From Candidatus Latescibacterota bacterium (lineage in GTDB: Bacteria > Latescibacterota > UBA2968 > GCA-2709665), in the NCBI GenBank assembly GCA_963667175.2, contig CAXXXF010000002.1, positions 288,001-352,000 on the forward strand: a stretch of 64,000 nt of DNA. Direction: 5' to 3'. The position numbers and the translations under genes are program-made. Below, in pieces: positions 1 through 10,331 of this stretch (position 1 is its first letter; every line of letters begins with the position of its first letter). The notes under the pieces were generated by a model, which had not been told where the DNA came from, ran no database searches, and saw only the letters and a list, made by a program, of their open reading frames with translations.

Positions 1-503
1 CCGCGCCGTGGAACGGGCGAATGGGGGTTCATGGAAGTACGTCCGTCACGCGCCGGACGTGCACAGGCTGTTCGGCTGGCTCCGGATTTCCGAGGTCGTG
101 CCCGTCGGGGCGGATCTCGCCCGCGCCCGGTCCGAACGGCCGTGGCTATCCACGCATCCCCATCTGAATAGGGATAGGGACAACAACACCGTCTACGTCG
201 CAAGGGAGACGCTAAACGTCGAAGGACTGACTGCGAGGAGCGGCGCCGGCCTTTTCATCGGGAACGGAGAACGTCTCACGTTGACGGCGCCGGGGGTCGG
301 CGAATCGCAGCAGATGGCGGTTGCCGTGGTGGTTCTATCCCTCAAACGGTCGTCCAACGCTCAGCTACCATGGAAATAAGGATCGTTGGCAACGCTGCAA
401 ATCGTGGACATACGTCGATACAGTCGGCCGCGGACAGGAGTTCGTGCTCGACACCGGCGGGATCCCGGAAGCCCAGGACTGGCTGCGCGAGCTGTTCGAG
501 TGA
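1..503 (+). pseudogene. Nmad3 (nucleotide modification associated domain 3)-like gene, 5'-truncated by the window edge, with an apparent +1 frameshift
   Basis: ORF 8..379 has LFGWL..., PWLSTHPH, NNTVYVA, GAGLF, LTAPG. ORF 321..503 continues W-LP-WF..., LSYH, GRGQEFVLD. Removing one G from the G5 run at 292-296 gives a continuous LTAPGSANRSRWRLPWWF. Confidence 0.6.
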
Positions 504-623
504 AGGGTTGTGCCGCGCATCGGCAGACGGAACAGAAAAGCACCGCTGGAGTTATCGACGGGAGAACAGATATGCGGCGACGAAACGACAAGCGCAAACG
601 TCCTCTTGCACTCGCCCGCCACA

Positions 624-675
624 GTGCGTCCCGGCCGCACGGTACCTGCAGAAGCGAACGGCCGGTCGCCCCTAC
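624..675 (-). repeat. 52-bp GTAG-type REP-like element, copy 1
   Basis: Minus strand reads GTAGGGGCGACCGGCCG...; 47/52 identical to 4567-4618. Confidence 0.8.
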
Positions 676-983
676 TGCTCTGCCAGAGGCTCGATGGAAA
701 GTCTGAATCCGAGGCTGTTCAGGATCTTCTCCATCGTGTCCAGGCGAGGATTTCCGTCTCCTGAGAGCGTCCTGTACAGGTAAGCCCGGTTCAGATCCGC
801 CTGCCGCGCCAACTTTCCCAGCCCGCCTCTTGCCGTCGCAACGTCCTTCAGAGCCAGCAGAAGGACGGTTCGATCCCTGTCTCTGGCGTATTCCTCCAGC
901 GCGACCTCGAGGTAGGCGCGAGCGCGGTCCGGATGGCTGAGGAATTCGAAATGGTGTTTTTCGAAGAGTACGGAAGGCTTCAT
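672..983 (-). CDS. Putative addiction-module antidote (HI1420-like HTH antitoxin)
   Basis: AYLEVALEE...LLLALKDVATARGGLGKLARQADLNRAYLYRTLSGDGNPRLDT is the typical family pattern; AAGGAG RBS upstream. Confidence 0.85.
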   Translation of the reverse strand: MKPSVLFEKHHFEFLSHPDRARAYLEVALEEYARDRDRTVLLLALKDVATARGGLGKLARQADLNRAYLYRTLSGDGNPRLDTMEKILNSLGFRLSIEPLAEQ

Positions 984-1068
984 CAGGAACGCTCCTTGTG
1001 AAGCGTTGACGAAAGGACGGTCTGAATGTCAATGGTTATCGGGTGAACGGCTTAAACCGATTCTTGAA

Positions 1069-1400
1069 CCTGAATTATTCATGAAAACCGATGGATGTTT
1101 CGTATAATCGGTTGATTTTCAATAACATGAGTGGATAATATAAAGAAAATCTTGATTCGCCCAAATTCGAGTTGGCAGGCGTAATGTTGGGGTGTCGGGC
1201 TGACGTGCAGAATTGTGGTTTTGCACCTTTTGTGGAAACTAACTTCAGCCACGTATTCTTCGTTTTTTTCGCGTGTTTCGTAGTTTCTGATGTTCGTCTT
1301 CTCGTGCCTTTGTCGCGCTTTTTGGTTTTCATCCTGCCTGCCTCGCCTGCTTCAGCAGGCAGGTCCATCCATGTTTGTTCCGTTTCATGAATAAATGGGG
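1069..1400. mobile_element. Non-autonomous MITE-like element, family A, copy 1 (intron-free)
   Basis: Imperfect TIRs CCTGAATTATTCATGAAA / TTTCATGAATAAATGGGG; TGAA at 1065-1068 and 1401-1404; homologous along its length to 2139-3261; no transposase ORF. Confidence 0.8.
1105..1117 (-). promoter_or_regulatory. IHF-binding consensus inside the MITE-A left end (second copy at 2175-2187)
   Basis: Minus strand AATCAACCGATTA (copy 2: AATCAATCGATTA) matches WATCAANNNNTTR at the same offset in both copies. Confidence 0.55.
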
Positions 1401-1610
1401 TGAAAAATACCGGTAACGTGTAGAAAAATGATCTTTATTGTCTAATGGACATGGATACTGTATATTGTAGAGTAATTGAGCGATACTGCCCCGATCACAC
1501 CTGATTCATGGGGCTTTTGCATGTCCGCGGATGTTTATAAACAACGAAGCAATTTGGCTTCGGAAGGAGGGTATCCTCCCAAATCAGATGATTAAAGAGA
1601 GGAGCCACCT

Positions 1611-1796
1611 ATGTCAAACGTCAATTGCGGACGGCTAACGGCGGAGATAACCCAGGAGGATAAATGGTTTGTTGCCTATTGTCCTGAATTGGGGACGGTA
1701 AGCCAGGGGAAAACACAAGCCGAGGCGTTGATCAATCTCAAGAGCGCCACGATCCTCTATTTAGAAGAAAAAGATCCGGTATTTCAGGTTGCCTAA
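1611..1796 (+). CDS. hicB: HicB-family antitoxin (short, RNase H-like fold only)
   Basis: EDKWFVAYCPELGTVSQGKTQAEALINLKSATILYLE; GAGGAG RBS. Confidence 0.9.
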   Translation: MSNVNCGRLTAEITQEDKWFVAYCPELGTVSQGKTQAEALINLKSATILYLEEKDPVFQVA

Positions 1797-2022
1797 ACTG
1801 CCCCGAGATATTTCCGGACGACAATTCGGTAAGGAGATATCGAAGCTTGGGTCTCGTTTTGTACGAGAAAACAGCGGGCACCTGATTTATCGACGTTCCT
1901 TTCCTGATAATGAGGACGATGTTGCAGTTGTTCCGGACCATTCCGAATTGGCTGTCGGCACATTGAGCAGGATACTTCGACAAGCGAATATACCGCGAGA
2001 CGAATTTATGGATCTTTTGTAG
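1789..2022 (+). CDS. hicA: HicA-family mRNA interferase toxin
   Basis: MPKLP start, SGH motif, VVPDHSELAVGTLSRILRQANI; overlaps the hicB stop. Confidence 0.88.
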   Translation: MPKLPRDISGRQFGKEISKLGSRFVRENSGHLIYRRSFPDNEDDVAVVPDHSELAVGTLSRILRQANIPRDEFMDLL

Positions 2023-2060
2023 CTTGTCGCCCACAGACAATTATAATCGGGATATTTCTC

Positions 2061-2087
2061 AGCCCTGTCGCAATTCGACGGGGCTTT
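2061..2087 (+). terminator. Intrinsic terminator after hicA
   Basis: AGCCCTGTCG-CAATT-CGACGGGGCT hairpin followed by T residues. Confidence 0.55.
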
Positions 2088-2138
2088 ATGCTATGGACCT
2101 CAATTTACAAATTGGATATTTCAATTGATGGCAATGAA

Positions 2139-3261
<1,123 letters not shown>

Positions 3262-3358
3262 TGAAGTGGCTCGAAAGGGTCAGGGCTCGTCACGATACCC
3301 ACTAAGCCAGGCGGGAGTCGGCAGAGCGTTCCAGGAGCGGACGGAGGAGGGTAACGGC

Positions 3359-4108
3359 ATGGGCAGCATCGTTGCGATAGGGGGAGGGGACGTCAGCACA
3401 TTGGCGACCCGCCCCATTGACGTCGAGATCATCGCGCTGTCCGGCGCGTCGCGTCCGAACGTGCTGTTCATTCCGACGGCCAGCAGCGACTCGGTGGATT
3501 ATTGGGAAGGGTTCGACCGGGCTTATCGTGAGAATTACGGCTGTGATACCGACGTGCTCTACCTTCTGGGCGCCGCGTCTTCACGCGAGGCGATCGCCGG
3601 GAAGATCGAACGCGCGGACGTCCTCTACGTCGGGGGCGGCAACACGCTGAAGATGATGCGCCGGTGGCGTCGGCTGGGTGTCGATGACCTGATCAGGTCC
3701 GCGTACGCCAGGGGAGCGGTGCTGTGCGGCGTGAGCGCGGGCGCGATCTGCTGGTTCGAGCGGGGCCACAGCGATTCGATGTCGTTCTACAGCCCCGACG
3801 ACTGGCGCTACATCGCCGTTACCGGGATGGGGCTGCTTAGGGGTCTGGCGTGTCCTCACTACAACGGAGACACCGCTGGCGTCCCAAGAAGGCAGGACTT
3901 CCATGACATGATGAAGCGGAAGCGTGGGGACGGCCTGGCCATCGACAACGACTGCGCGGTCGCGCTCACATCCGACGGGTGCCGGGTCATCGCCGCCGGT
4001 CCCGAGGCGGGAGCGTATACCCTGCGCGTCGAGCGTGGAGAAGTGATCGAACGTCGGCTTCCGGTTTCCAGTGACTATCGGCCGATAGCGACGCTGTACG
4101 AGACGTAA
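3359..4108 (+). CDS. Peptidase E / S51-family (class I glutamine amidotransferase-like) hydrolase
   Basis: IVAIGGG, LFIPTAS, LYVGGGNT, GVSAGAICW, CPHYN motifs; ATG 3359 follows GGAGGAGG. Confidence 0.85.
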   Translation: MGSIVAIGGGDVSTLATRPIDVEIIALSGASRPNVLFIPTASSDSVDYWEGFDRAYRENYGCDTDVLYLLGAASSREAIAGKIERADVLYVGGGNTLKMMRRWRRLGVDDLIRSAYARGAVLCGVSAGAICWFERGHSDSMSFYSPDDWRYIAVTGMGLLRGLACPHYNGDTAGVPRRQDFHDMMKRKRGDGLAIDNDCAVALTSDGCRVIAAGPEAGAYTLRVERGEVIERRLPVSSDYRPIATLYET

Positions 4109-4175
4109 ATCAAATGGCCCGCGATTTCGTCATCAAACGCGGCAGCCCGGCGAGAATCTTCCATCAGAATAAGGA

Positions 4176-4364
4176 TTGAAACCTATGGCGCCACAGGATA
4201 TCCGAAATCGCCAGGACCCCGCCGCTTTCCAGTGCTGGCATCCGGACGGGACTCCCTACACGCCGGCAGACTACCGAAAGGCCGGGATGAACCCGCCCAC
4301 GCCCGAGCAAATCGCTCACTGGGCTGAGATGGACCGACGATTCGCCGATCCGGATACTGACTGA
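4176..4364 (+). CDS. Small hypothetical protein
   Basis: 62-aa ORF with AAGGA upstream and protein-like composition; no recognised family. Confidence 0.35.
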   Translation: MKPMAPQDIRNRQDPAAFQCWHPDGTPYTPADYRKAGMNPPTPEQIAHWAEMDRRFADPDTD

Positions 4365-4566
4365 GAAGCCGCTTTCAAACTCCCGGCGAGTTCCGATCGC
4401 GAAGGAAAAGAGGGCGGTTATGAGGCGTGAGGGGCGTCCGCAAAGATGAGAATCGTCTCATGGCCAGCCTGCCGACGACGGATGCGCGGGCGCGGCAACC
4501 CCGGTACAATGGCGCGGCGGCGTCACGCCGTTGACGTCAACAGATTGACGTTTTCCTGACTCGTGA

Positions 4567-4618
4567 GTGCGCCCCGGCCGCACGATACCTGCAGGGGCGA
4601 GCGGCCGGTCGCCCCTAC
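4567..4618 (-). repeat. 52-bp GTAG-type REP-like element, copy 2
   Basis: GTA-GGGGCGA-CCGGCCGC-TCGCCCC palindrome on the minus strand. Confidence 0.8.
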
Positions 4619-5283
4619 TCGGCGTCCACCAACCTGCCGTCTCTGCTGAATATCAACTTGACGTCCTCATAGACGAGAACGGTCCTGTCGCCGAGTTCAA
4701 CGCGCGTGTTGGGCCTGCCCTTGCGTGCAATCACGTCTTCAATCGACATATTCATTTTAAGTAGAATGGTTCTCTCCGGGCCTTCCAGTTCCGCTTCGCT
4801 TTCAGCAAAGGCGACGTTGAAGAGGCGATCGACTTCCGGAATCGTGTAATTGTCTCGATTCACTTTGAGGCGGACGGCATGGCGGGCGCCCGACAGTTTG
4901 TCGAGTTCGATATAGACCTCTTTTTCCCTCGCCTCCGCTTTTCGGATCTTGACCTTCGCGCCCTTCTGGATCACCCGCACGCTCCACCCCGAGAGTTCAT
5001 CTCTTATAATGATATTCCGGACCTCTTCGGCGAAATCTTCTGCCGACTGCGACTGAGACTGGCGAAAACCCCCGATGGTCGCGCGGTAGGTCACCTCGCC
5101 GTTTTCCAGAACGTTCGCGGCATCGGTGCCTCGAAGCCCGCTATTTACCTCAACAAAGGCAATCTTGATCCAGAACGTACTGCCTCTAAGCGCCGCAACG
5201 TGACGCCTGACGTCTGCCGGTTGTGCCTGTACGGTTTGAACTGACACAATGGCCATCGACAGAATCACCATACAAAAACGCAT
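4615..5283 (-). CDS. Hypothetical exported protein
   Basis: Start MRFCMV after GGAGGA; signal peptide ending VQA; C-terminal 'MSIEDVIARKGRP' BamE/SmpA-like motif. Confidence 0.65.
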   Translation of the reverse strand: MRFCMVILSMAIVSVQTVQAQPADVRRHVAALRGSTFWIKIAFVEVNSGLRGTDAANVLENGEVTYRATIGGFRQSQSQSAEDFAEEVRNIIIRDELSGWSVRVIQKGAKVKIRKAEAREKEVYIELDKLSGARHAVRLKVNRDNYTIPEVDRLFNVAFAESEAELEGPERTILLKMNMSIEDVIARKGRPNTRVELGDRTVLVYEDVKLIFSRDGRLVDAE

Positions 5284-5777
5284 CGTATCCTCCAATCTGC
5301 ACGGGTAACGTCCAGCCGGCGACGGCCCGCATAAGAGACCCCTCCGTGCCGTAATTCCAAGCGACGTTCTCGAAAGCCCGCCTGTCTCGTCGCGCCGGCC
5401 GCCAGTGTACGGACCTTCAGTATCTCCGTGATTATATCCCAAATGGCCAAACGTGTCAACCATAACGCGAGACCTTCCCCGGCCACTCGGGAGGACTTTC
5501 GTGTGACGTGCCGCTCCTCGATGGCCGGGCAACCACAGGGGTTGCCCCTGCAAATCCAGCCATCGGCGTAACGGGGGAACGGATTGAATCCCGCGCCCCC
5601 CTTTTGTATATTGCTGTCGACGCGGCGGTGAGCGCCGGCAGGTCGAATGGCGTTACGCGGGCGCCCTGCTTGGCCAATGCGTATCGGTTCGCCATATTAC
5701 GAGCCGGCTTTCACGGATCGTCGGCGGCTTGAAGCGGATTCCATCCACGTGACACGGCAGGCGATAGGGGCTTATGT

Positions 5778-8513
5778 ATGTCGGCATTCTGGCAGGTTGG
5801 TCGCTTCTCTATTCTTCTACTGCTTGTTTCCCTTTTTCTGACAGTGAGAATTCATGCCTTGCCCTTCGCCATTGTCCCTGATGCGCTCGATCTGGGCGAA
5901 GTCGGCGTTGGCTTCGAAGCCAGTGCGTCCGTTGATCTCGAAAACCTGCACGACGAAGCGATCAGAGTGATTGTCGGCATAAGCGGTAATGGTTTTGCCA
6001 CAGAAACGGATACGCTGCGCCTGGAGGCGAGGGGCGTCAGCCGCGTCGAAGTGCGCTTCCGTGCAGACGCGGCCGGCCGGTACGTGGGCGAACTGACGTT
6101 GCGGGTCGACACTCCGTTCACGGACCAGCGTGTGTCGGCGCCGCTTCAGGCGGTGGTCATTCCAACGAACGTGGTGATCCTGCCGTCCGGTGGGCTGGAA
6201 TTCGGCGCGATACCCGTCGGACAAGCCGCGACCGAGGTCGTCGTCGTCAGGAACACGGGCGCCACGTCCGTAGCGGCCGGTCCGATGAACGTTGCCCGGC
6301 TTCAGGGTCCCTTCCGCGTTGAGGGCGACGTCGGCCCGTGGCCCGCCCCCGGCGGTGAAACGCGGATAGACGTTACGTTTGTTCCCGCGCGCGCGGGAAC
6401 GGTCGCCACGGAAATGGTGGTCTCCGGGGCCGACTATGGGGATTGGTCCATTCCTTTGCGAGGGAGTGGTCTGGCGCCGCGGGCCGTTTTTTCACCCCTC
6501 CATCAGGTGGGCCTCGAATTTGGCGCGGTCGAGGTGGGGCGGCGCTCGATGCGCCGCGTGACCGTCCTCAACCAGGGTTCGGTCGCGTTGTACATTACAG
6601 GCGCAACTGTCGAGGGGGCGGCCTTTGTCCTCGGCGCCGTTGACTCCACGGCGAGCATTGCTCCCCAGGGGAGGCTGGACCTCAGCATCACCTTTGCGCC
6701 GCAAAACGAAGAGGTACAAACCGGCGTCCTCCACGTGAGTACCAGCGATCCGGAAGCCGTCGAGGTCGCCATCCCCCTCATGGGTCGCGGCCACGTCAGC
6801 CCGCCGCGCATTGAGGTGATCAGCGGCGACGTTGACTTCGGCAGCGTGCCCATTGGCGAGACTTCGCGCGATCATTTGCTTCTGTGGAACCGGGGCGGCC
6901 AGCCGGGGGCCGCGGAGGTTTCTGTTGTCGCGGACGAGGGCGGTGAATTCGATCCAGCGCAGCACTCCGTGCTCGTTCAACCCGGCGCCGGCGCTAAGGT
7001 GACGCTGAGTTTCTCGCCCAGGGAAGCCGGTGTTCGCACTGCTGTGCTCCACGTCGAGGCCGAAGGCCGGCGGCAGACCGTGGGTTTGGGGGGCATAGGC
7101 CGGTTCTTCGCCCTCAGTCCGACAACCGTCGACTTCGGTCGCGTCGCCGTTGGCGAAAGCAGCCCGCGGGTCGTCGAGATCACCAACGTGGGCAACGCTG
7201 ATTTCGAGATTCACCAGCTTCGCTTGACGAACACCGAATTCACCGTCCATTCCCCAATTGACGCCGGCAGTAAGTTCCTTTTGCCCGCACAAAGCCAGCG
7301 CGCTCTGCCGCTGCACCTGGCCTTCAATCCGTCAGCCCGAGGTGCGATTTCAGGAGTCTTGCGCCTCGACGGTCTGGGCGCGAATGAGAAAGTAGCGCTC
7401 GACGTCCTGCTCAAGGGCAACGGCGTGGGCGCCGAAATCGAGTTGAGCCCGACGGGGGTCGTCGATTTCGGCCACGCGGTCCTGGGAGGAGACGTGGAAA
7501 GGACCTTCGTGGCCACGAACGTCGGCGATACGGTGCTGCAAGTCGAGGCGCATCCCCAGAGCAGGGAAGCCCGCGTCGAGCCGGCGCAATTCGCGCTTGT
7601 CCCGGGGGAATCCGCAAGCCTGAGGCTCTATTTCGCGCCCAATGCCCTGGGTGAACGCCGGGGTTCCGTCTGGTTGGTCAGCAACGATTTCAAGGACCGG
7701 GCGCGGCCGCTCGAATACAAAGGCCATGGGGTACTCGCGGACGTCGATCTGGCGCAGATCGTCGAGGTCATTGTCTCGCGCGATGACGAAGCGCGTCCCC
7801 TGGCCGTCGACTGGAACAATGTCCCCATCGTGCAGAAGGACGGCGCCAAAGTCGAGGTGGTCTTCGCGATTCCGGACTCGCTGCGGCGGGCGCTGATCGG
7901 GCGTGAAATGGTTGTCGAATGGACCCGGCTCGACGAAGACTACGCCCCAAAGGGCAGTACCAAAAGGAAGAAAGTCACGATCTACGAGTCGAGCGGCGAC
8001 CGCGTCCTGACCGAAGATCTCAACCTGCGGCTATCGGAAAAGGACAATCGCCGGGTGAGACTCAAAATCACAACCCGAAATTACCCGGGCGCCGCGGCGC
8101 AGAGCGTATCGCAACTTCTGGAAGCCGGCGGCTGGAAGTGGGAGTTCGAGGCCAGGCCGCTGGTTTCCTTCCTGACGATTCGGCCCGGCCGAAATTATAA
8201 GGACGCCGATGGCAACGCGGTCCGGGGCAAAACCGAGCGCCTGATTGGCCTGCCCGGGCTGGCGTTTGCCGGTTGGCACAACGTGGAAAACCCGTCGGTA
8301 TCCGGCATCCACCTGACCGCGATCGGCAACGTCCTCGAAGCCCTTTCAACCGAAAACTCGCTGGCCATTTCTCTTGGCGTGGCCATCTCCTTCTACAAGG
8401 ACCAGTTTCTCTTCGGCTTCGGATGGGACATCTACGACAACCGGCCCGTGGCAAAGAGGCAGGGCTCGCAGGACTACATCATGACCTTCAAGTACTCGGG
8501 TCTGTTCAGGTGA
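5778..8513 (+). CDS. Secreted multi-Ig protein with tandem choice-of-anchor D / ASH (ASPM-SPD2-Hydin) domains
   Basis: Signal peptide; about six repeats of (L/V)(D/E)FG-x-V-x-VG...N-x-G...F-x-P...L-x-G-x-G. Confidence 0.85.
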   Translation: MSAFWQVGRFSILLLLVSLFLTVRIHALPFAIVPDALDLGEVGVGFEASASVDLENLHDEAIRVIVGISGNGFATETDTLRLEARGVSRVEVRFRADAAGRYVGELTLRVDTPFTDQRVSAPLQAVVIPTNVVILPSGGLEFGAIPVGQAATEVVVVRNTGATSVAAGPMNVARLQGPFRVEGDVGPWPAPGGETRIDVTFVPARAGTVATEMVVSGADYGDWSIPLRGSGLAPRAVFSPLHQVGLEFGAVEVGRRSMRRVTVLNQGSVALYITGATVEGAAFVLGAVDSTASIAPQGRLDLSITFAPQNEEVQTGVLHVSTSDPEAVEVAIPLMGRGHVSPPRIEVISGDVDFGSVPIGETSRDHLLLWNRGGQPGAAEVSVVADEGGEFDPAQHSVLVQPGAGAKVTLSFSPREAGVRTAVLHVEAEGRRQTVGLGGIGRFFALSPTTVDFGRVAVGESSPRVVEITNVGNADFEIHQLRLTNTEFTVHSPIDAGSKFLLPAQSQRALPLHLAFNPSARGAISGVLRLDGLGANEKVALDVLLKGNGVGAEIELSPTGVVDFGHAVLGGDVERTFVATNVGDTVLQVEAHPQSREARVEPAQFALVPGESASLRLYFAPNALGERRGSVWLVSNDFKDRARPLEYKGHGVLADVDLAQIVEVIVSRDDEARPLAVDWNNVPIVQKDGAKVEVVFAIPDSLRRALIGREMVVEWTRLDEDYAPKGSTKRKKVTIYESSGDRVLTEDLNLRLSEKDNRRVRLKITTRNYPGAAAQSVSQLLEAGGWKWEFEARPLVSFLTIRPGRNYKDADGNAVRGKTERLIGLPGLAFAGWHNVENPSVSGIHLTAIGNVLEALSTENSLAISLGVAISFYKDQFLFGFGWDIYDNRPVAKRQGSQDYIMTFKYSGLFR

Positions 8514-8834
8514 GCAGGCAGGGGTACCCCGCGGGCCGCTCACCCTGCCGTCGAGAAGCCGCAAAAGGCAGCTCTCAGCGGTCAGCCAGAAGCGAAAATC
8601 GACTCACACGGAGACACAAAGACACAGAGGAAAACCGGAAGCAGCCGAAGGGCAGGCAACCATAAGAGGCGCTGAGGCGGGATAGGTGAGACGTGAGATG
8701 ATATCAGTGCCCTGCGGTTTTTGTTTTGTCGTTACGATAACGGTGGAGAAACCGGCACGGTTAACGTGAAGACACTGTGCTAACGTAATCCTCTACCGTC
8801 TTGCGGCTCACGTCTCACCGCAGTTGGAGGGGAG

Positions 8835-10331
8835 ATGAACGGGACAGATCAGCAACCGAAGATCCTGCTTACCGGCGCCACGGGATGCATCGGCGGGCGG
8901 CTGCTCGCGGCCCTGGAAGCGGGCGGACGCGCGGTTCGCTGTATGACGCGTCGTCCGGATGCGCTGACGGGTCAGGTCGGGCCGAACAGCAGCGTTGTCC
9001 GCGGCGACTGCCTGGATCCGGTTTCGCTGCAGGGCGCATGCGCAGGAATCGACACCGCCTACTACATGGTCCACTCGATGGGCGGCGGCGCAAATTTCGA
9101 GGCTCAGGACCGCGCGGCAGCCCGGAATTTCGGCGCGGCGGCTCGGGCTGCCGGGGTGCGGCGCATCGTCTACGTGGGCGGTCTGGGATCCTCCTCAGGC
9201 CTGTCCAGGCACCTGCGCAGCCGTCACGAGACCGGCGAAGTGCTTCGGGCGTCCGGGGTGCCCGTCATCGAGTTCCGCAGCGGGATCGTGCTGGGCGCCG
9301 GCAGCCTTTCGTTCGAACTGATTCGCGCGCTGGTCGAGCGGCTTCCGGTGATGGTCTGCCCATCATGGGTCCGCACGCCCACCCAGCCGATCGCACTGGC
9401 CGACCTGGTGGCGTACCTCGCGGCGGCGCTCGACCTGCCCCACGGGGCGAGCCGTCTGTTCGAGGTGGGCGGAGCGGACGTCGTGTCGTACCGCGACGTC
9501 ATGCACGAATACGCCCGATGGCGCGGTCTCCGGCGACTGCTGATTCCCGTGCCGTTGCTGACGCCGCGCCTGTCGAGTCTCTGGCTGGGTCTGACCACCC
9601 CGGTCTACGCGAGGGTCGGCCGCGAGCTGGTCGACGGACTCCGCACCGCGACCGTCGTGAATGACGCCGCGGCAAGAACCGCGTTTCCGATTCAACCGCT
9701 TGAGCTGGGTCCCGCGATTGTCCGGGCGGTTGAGGAAGAGGACGCGGCGTTCGCGGCCACGCCGTGGTCGGAGGCCACGCTTGCAGCCGCCACGCCCCTG
9801 CGCTGGGGCGGCGTCCGCATCCGCGGGCGGCTGATCCATTCGGTGTTCGTCGACCTGTCCGCCGCACCTGCTGCCGCGTTCGCCCCGGTCCGGCGCATCG
9901 GAGGCGCGAAAGGCTGGTACTACGGCGATTGGACGTGGCGCCTGCGCGGTCTGATCGATCGGATGTTGGGCGGGGTCGGCATGAGCCGCGGCCGGCGCGA
10001 CGCGGAGCATCTGGCCGCAGGCGAGGTTCTGGACTGCTGGCGGGTCGAGGTATACGAACCGGACGCCCGCCTGCGCCTCAGGGCGGAAATGAAGCTGCCG
10101 GGCCGCGGATGGCTCGAGTTCAACGTCACGCCGCGAGAGGGAGGAGAATCCAGGGTGCGACAGACCGCTGTCTTCGACGCGTTCGGCCTGTGGGGACGAT
10201 TCTACTGGCACGCCCTGTATCCGATTCACGTCCTGCTGTTCCGGGGGCTTCTCCGGAGCATCGCCAGACGCGCGGACCTCTCCACCCGGCCCCCTCTCCC
10301 AGGGGGAGAGGGGGAGCAGGAAAGGGGGTAG
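8835..10331 (+). CDS. NAD(P)-binding SDR with C-terminal DUF2867 (YbjT-like)
   Basis: ILLTGATGCIGG, AYYMVHSM, HLRSRHETG, TQPIA, LRAEMKLPGRGWLEF. Confidence 0.9.
   Translation: MNGTDQQPKILLTGATGCIGGRLLAALEAGGRAVRCMTRRPDALTGQVGPNSSVVRGDCLDPVSLQGACAGIDTAYYMVHSMGGGANFEAQDRAAARNFGAAARAAGVRRIVYVGGLGSSSGLSRHLRSRHETGEVLRASGVPVIEFRSGIVLGAGSLSFELIRALVERLPVMVCPSWVRTPTQPIALADLVAYLAAALDLPHGASRLFEVGGADVVSYRDVMHEYARWRGLRRLLIPVPLLTPRLSSLWLGLTTPVYARVGRELVDGLRTATVVNDAAARTAFPIQPLELGPAIVRAVEEEDAAFAATPWSEATLAAATPLRWGGVRIRGRLIHSVFVDLSAAPAAAFAPVRRIGGAKGWYYGDWTWRLRGLIDRMLGGVGMSRGRRDAEHLAAGEVLDCWRVEVYEPDARLRLRAEMKLPGRGWLEFNVTPREGGESRVRQTAVFDAFGLWGRFYWHALYPIHVLLFRGLLRSIARRADLSTRPPLPGGEGEQERG

Noticed and set aside
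624-675. 52-bp repeat begins GTGCG and ends CCCTAC, like group II intron termini
   Set aside because: Far too short, with no domain V; better explained as a GTAG REP read on the opposite strand.
1075-1390. ORFs inside MITE-A (and 2337-2597 in copy 2)
   Set aside because: Low-complexity translations of tandem repeats; not transposase-like.
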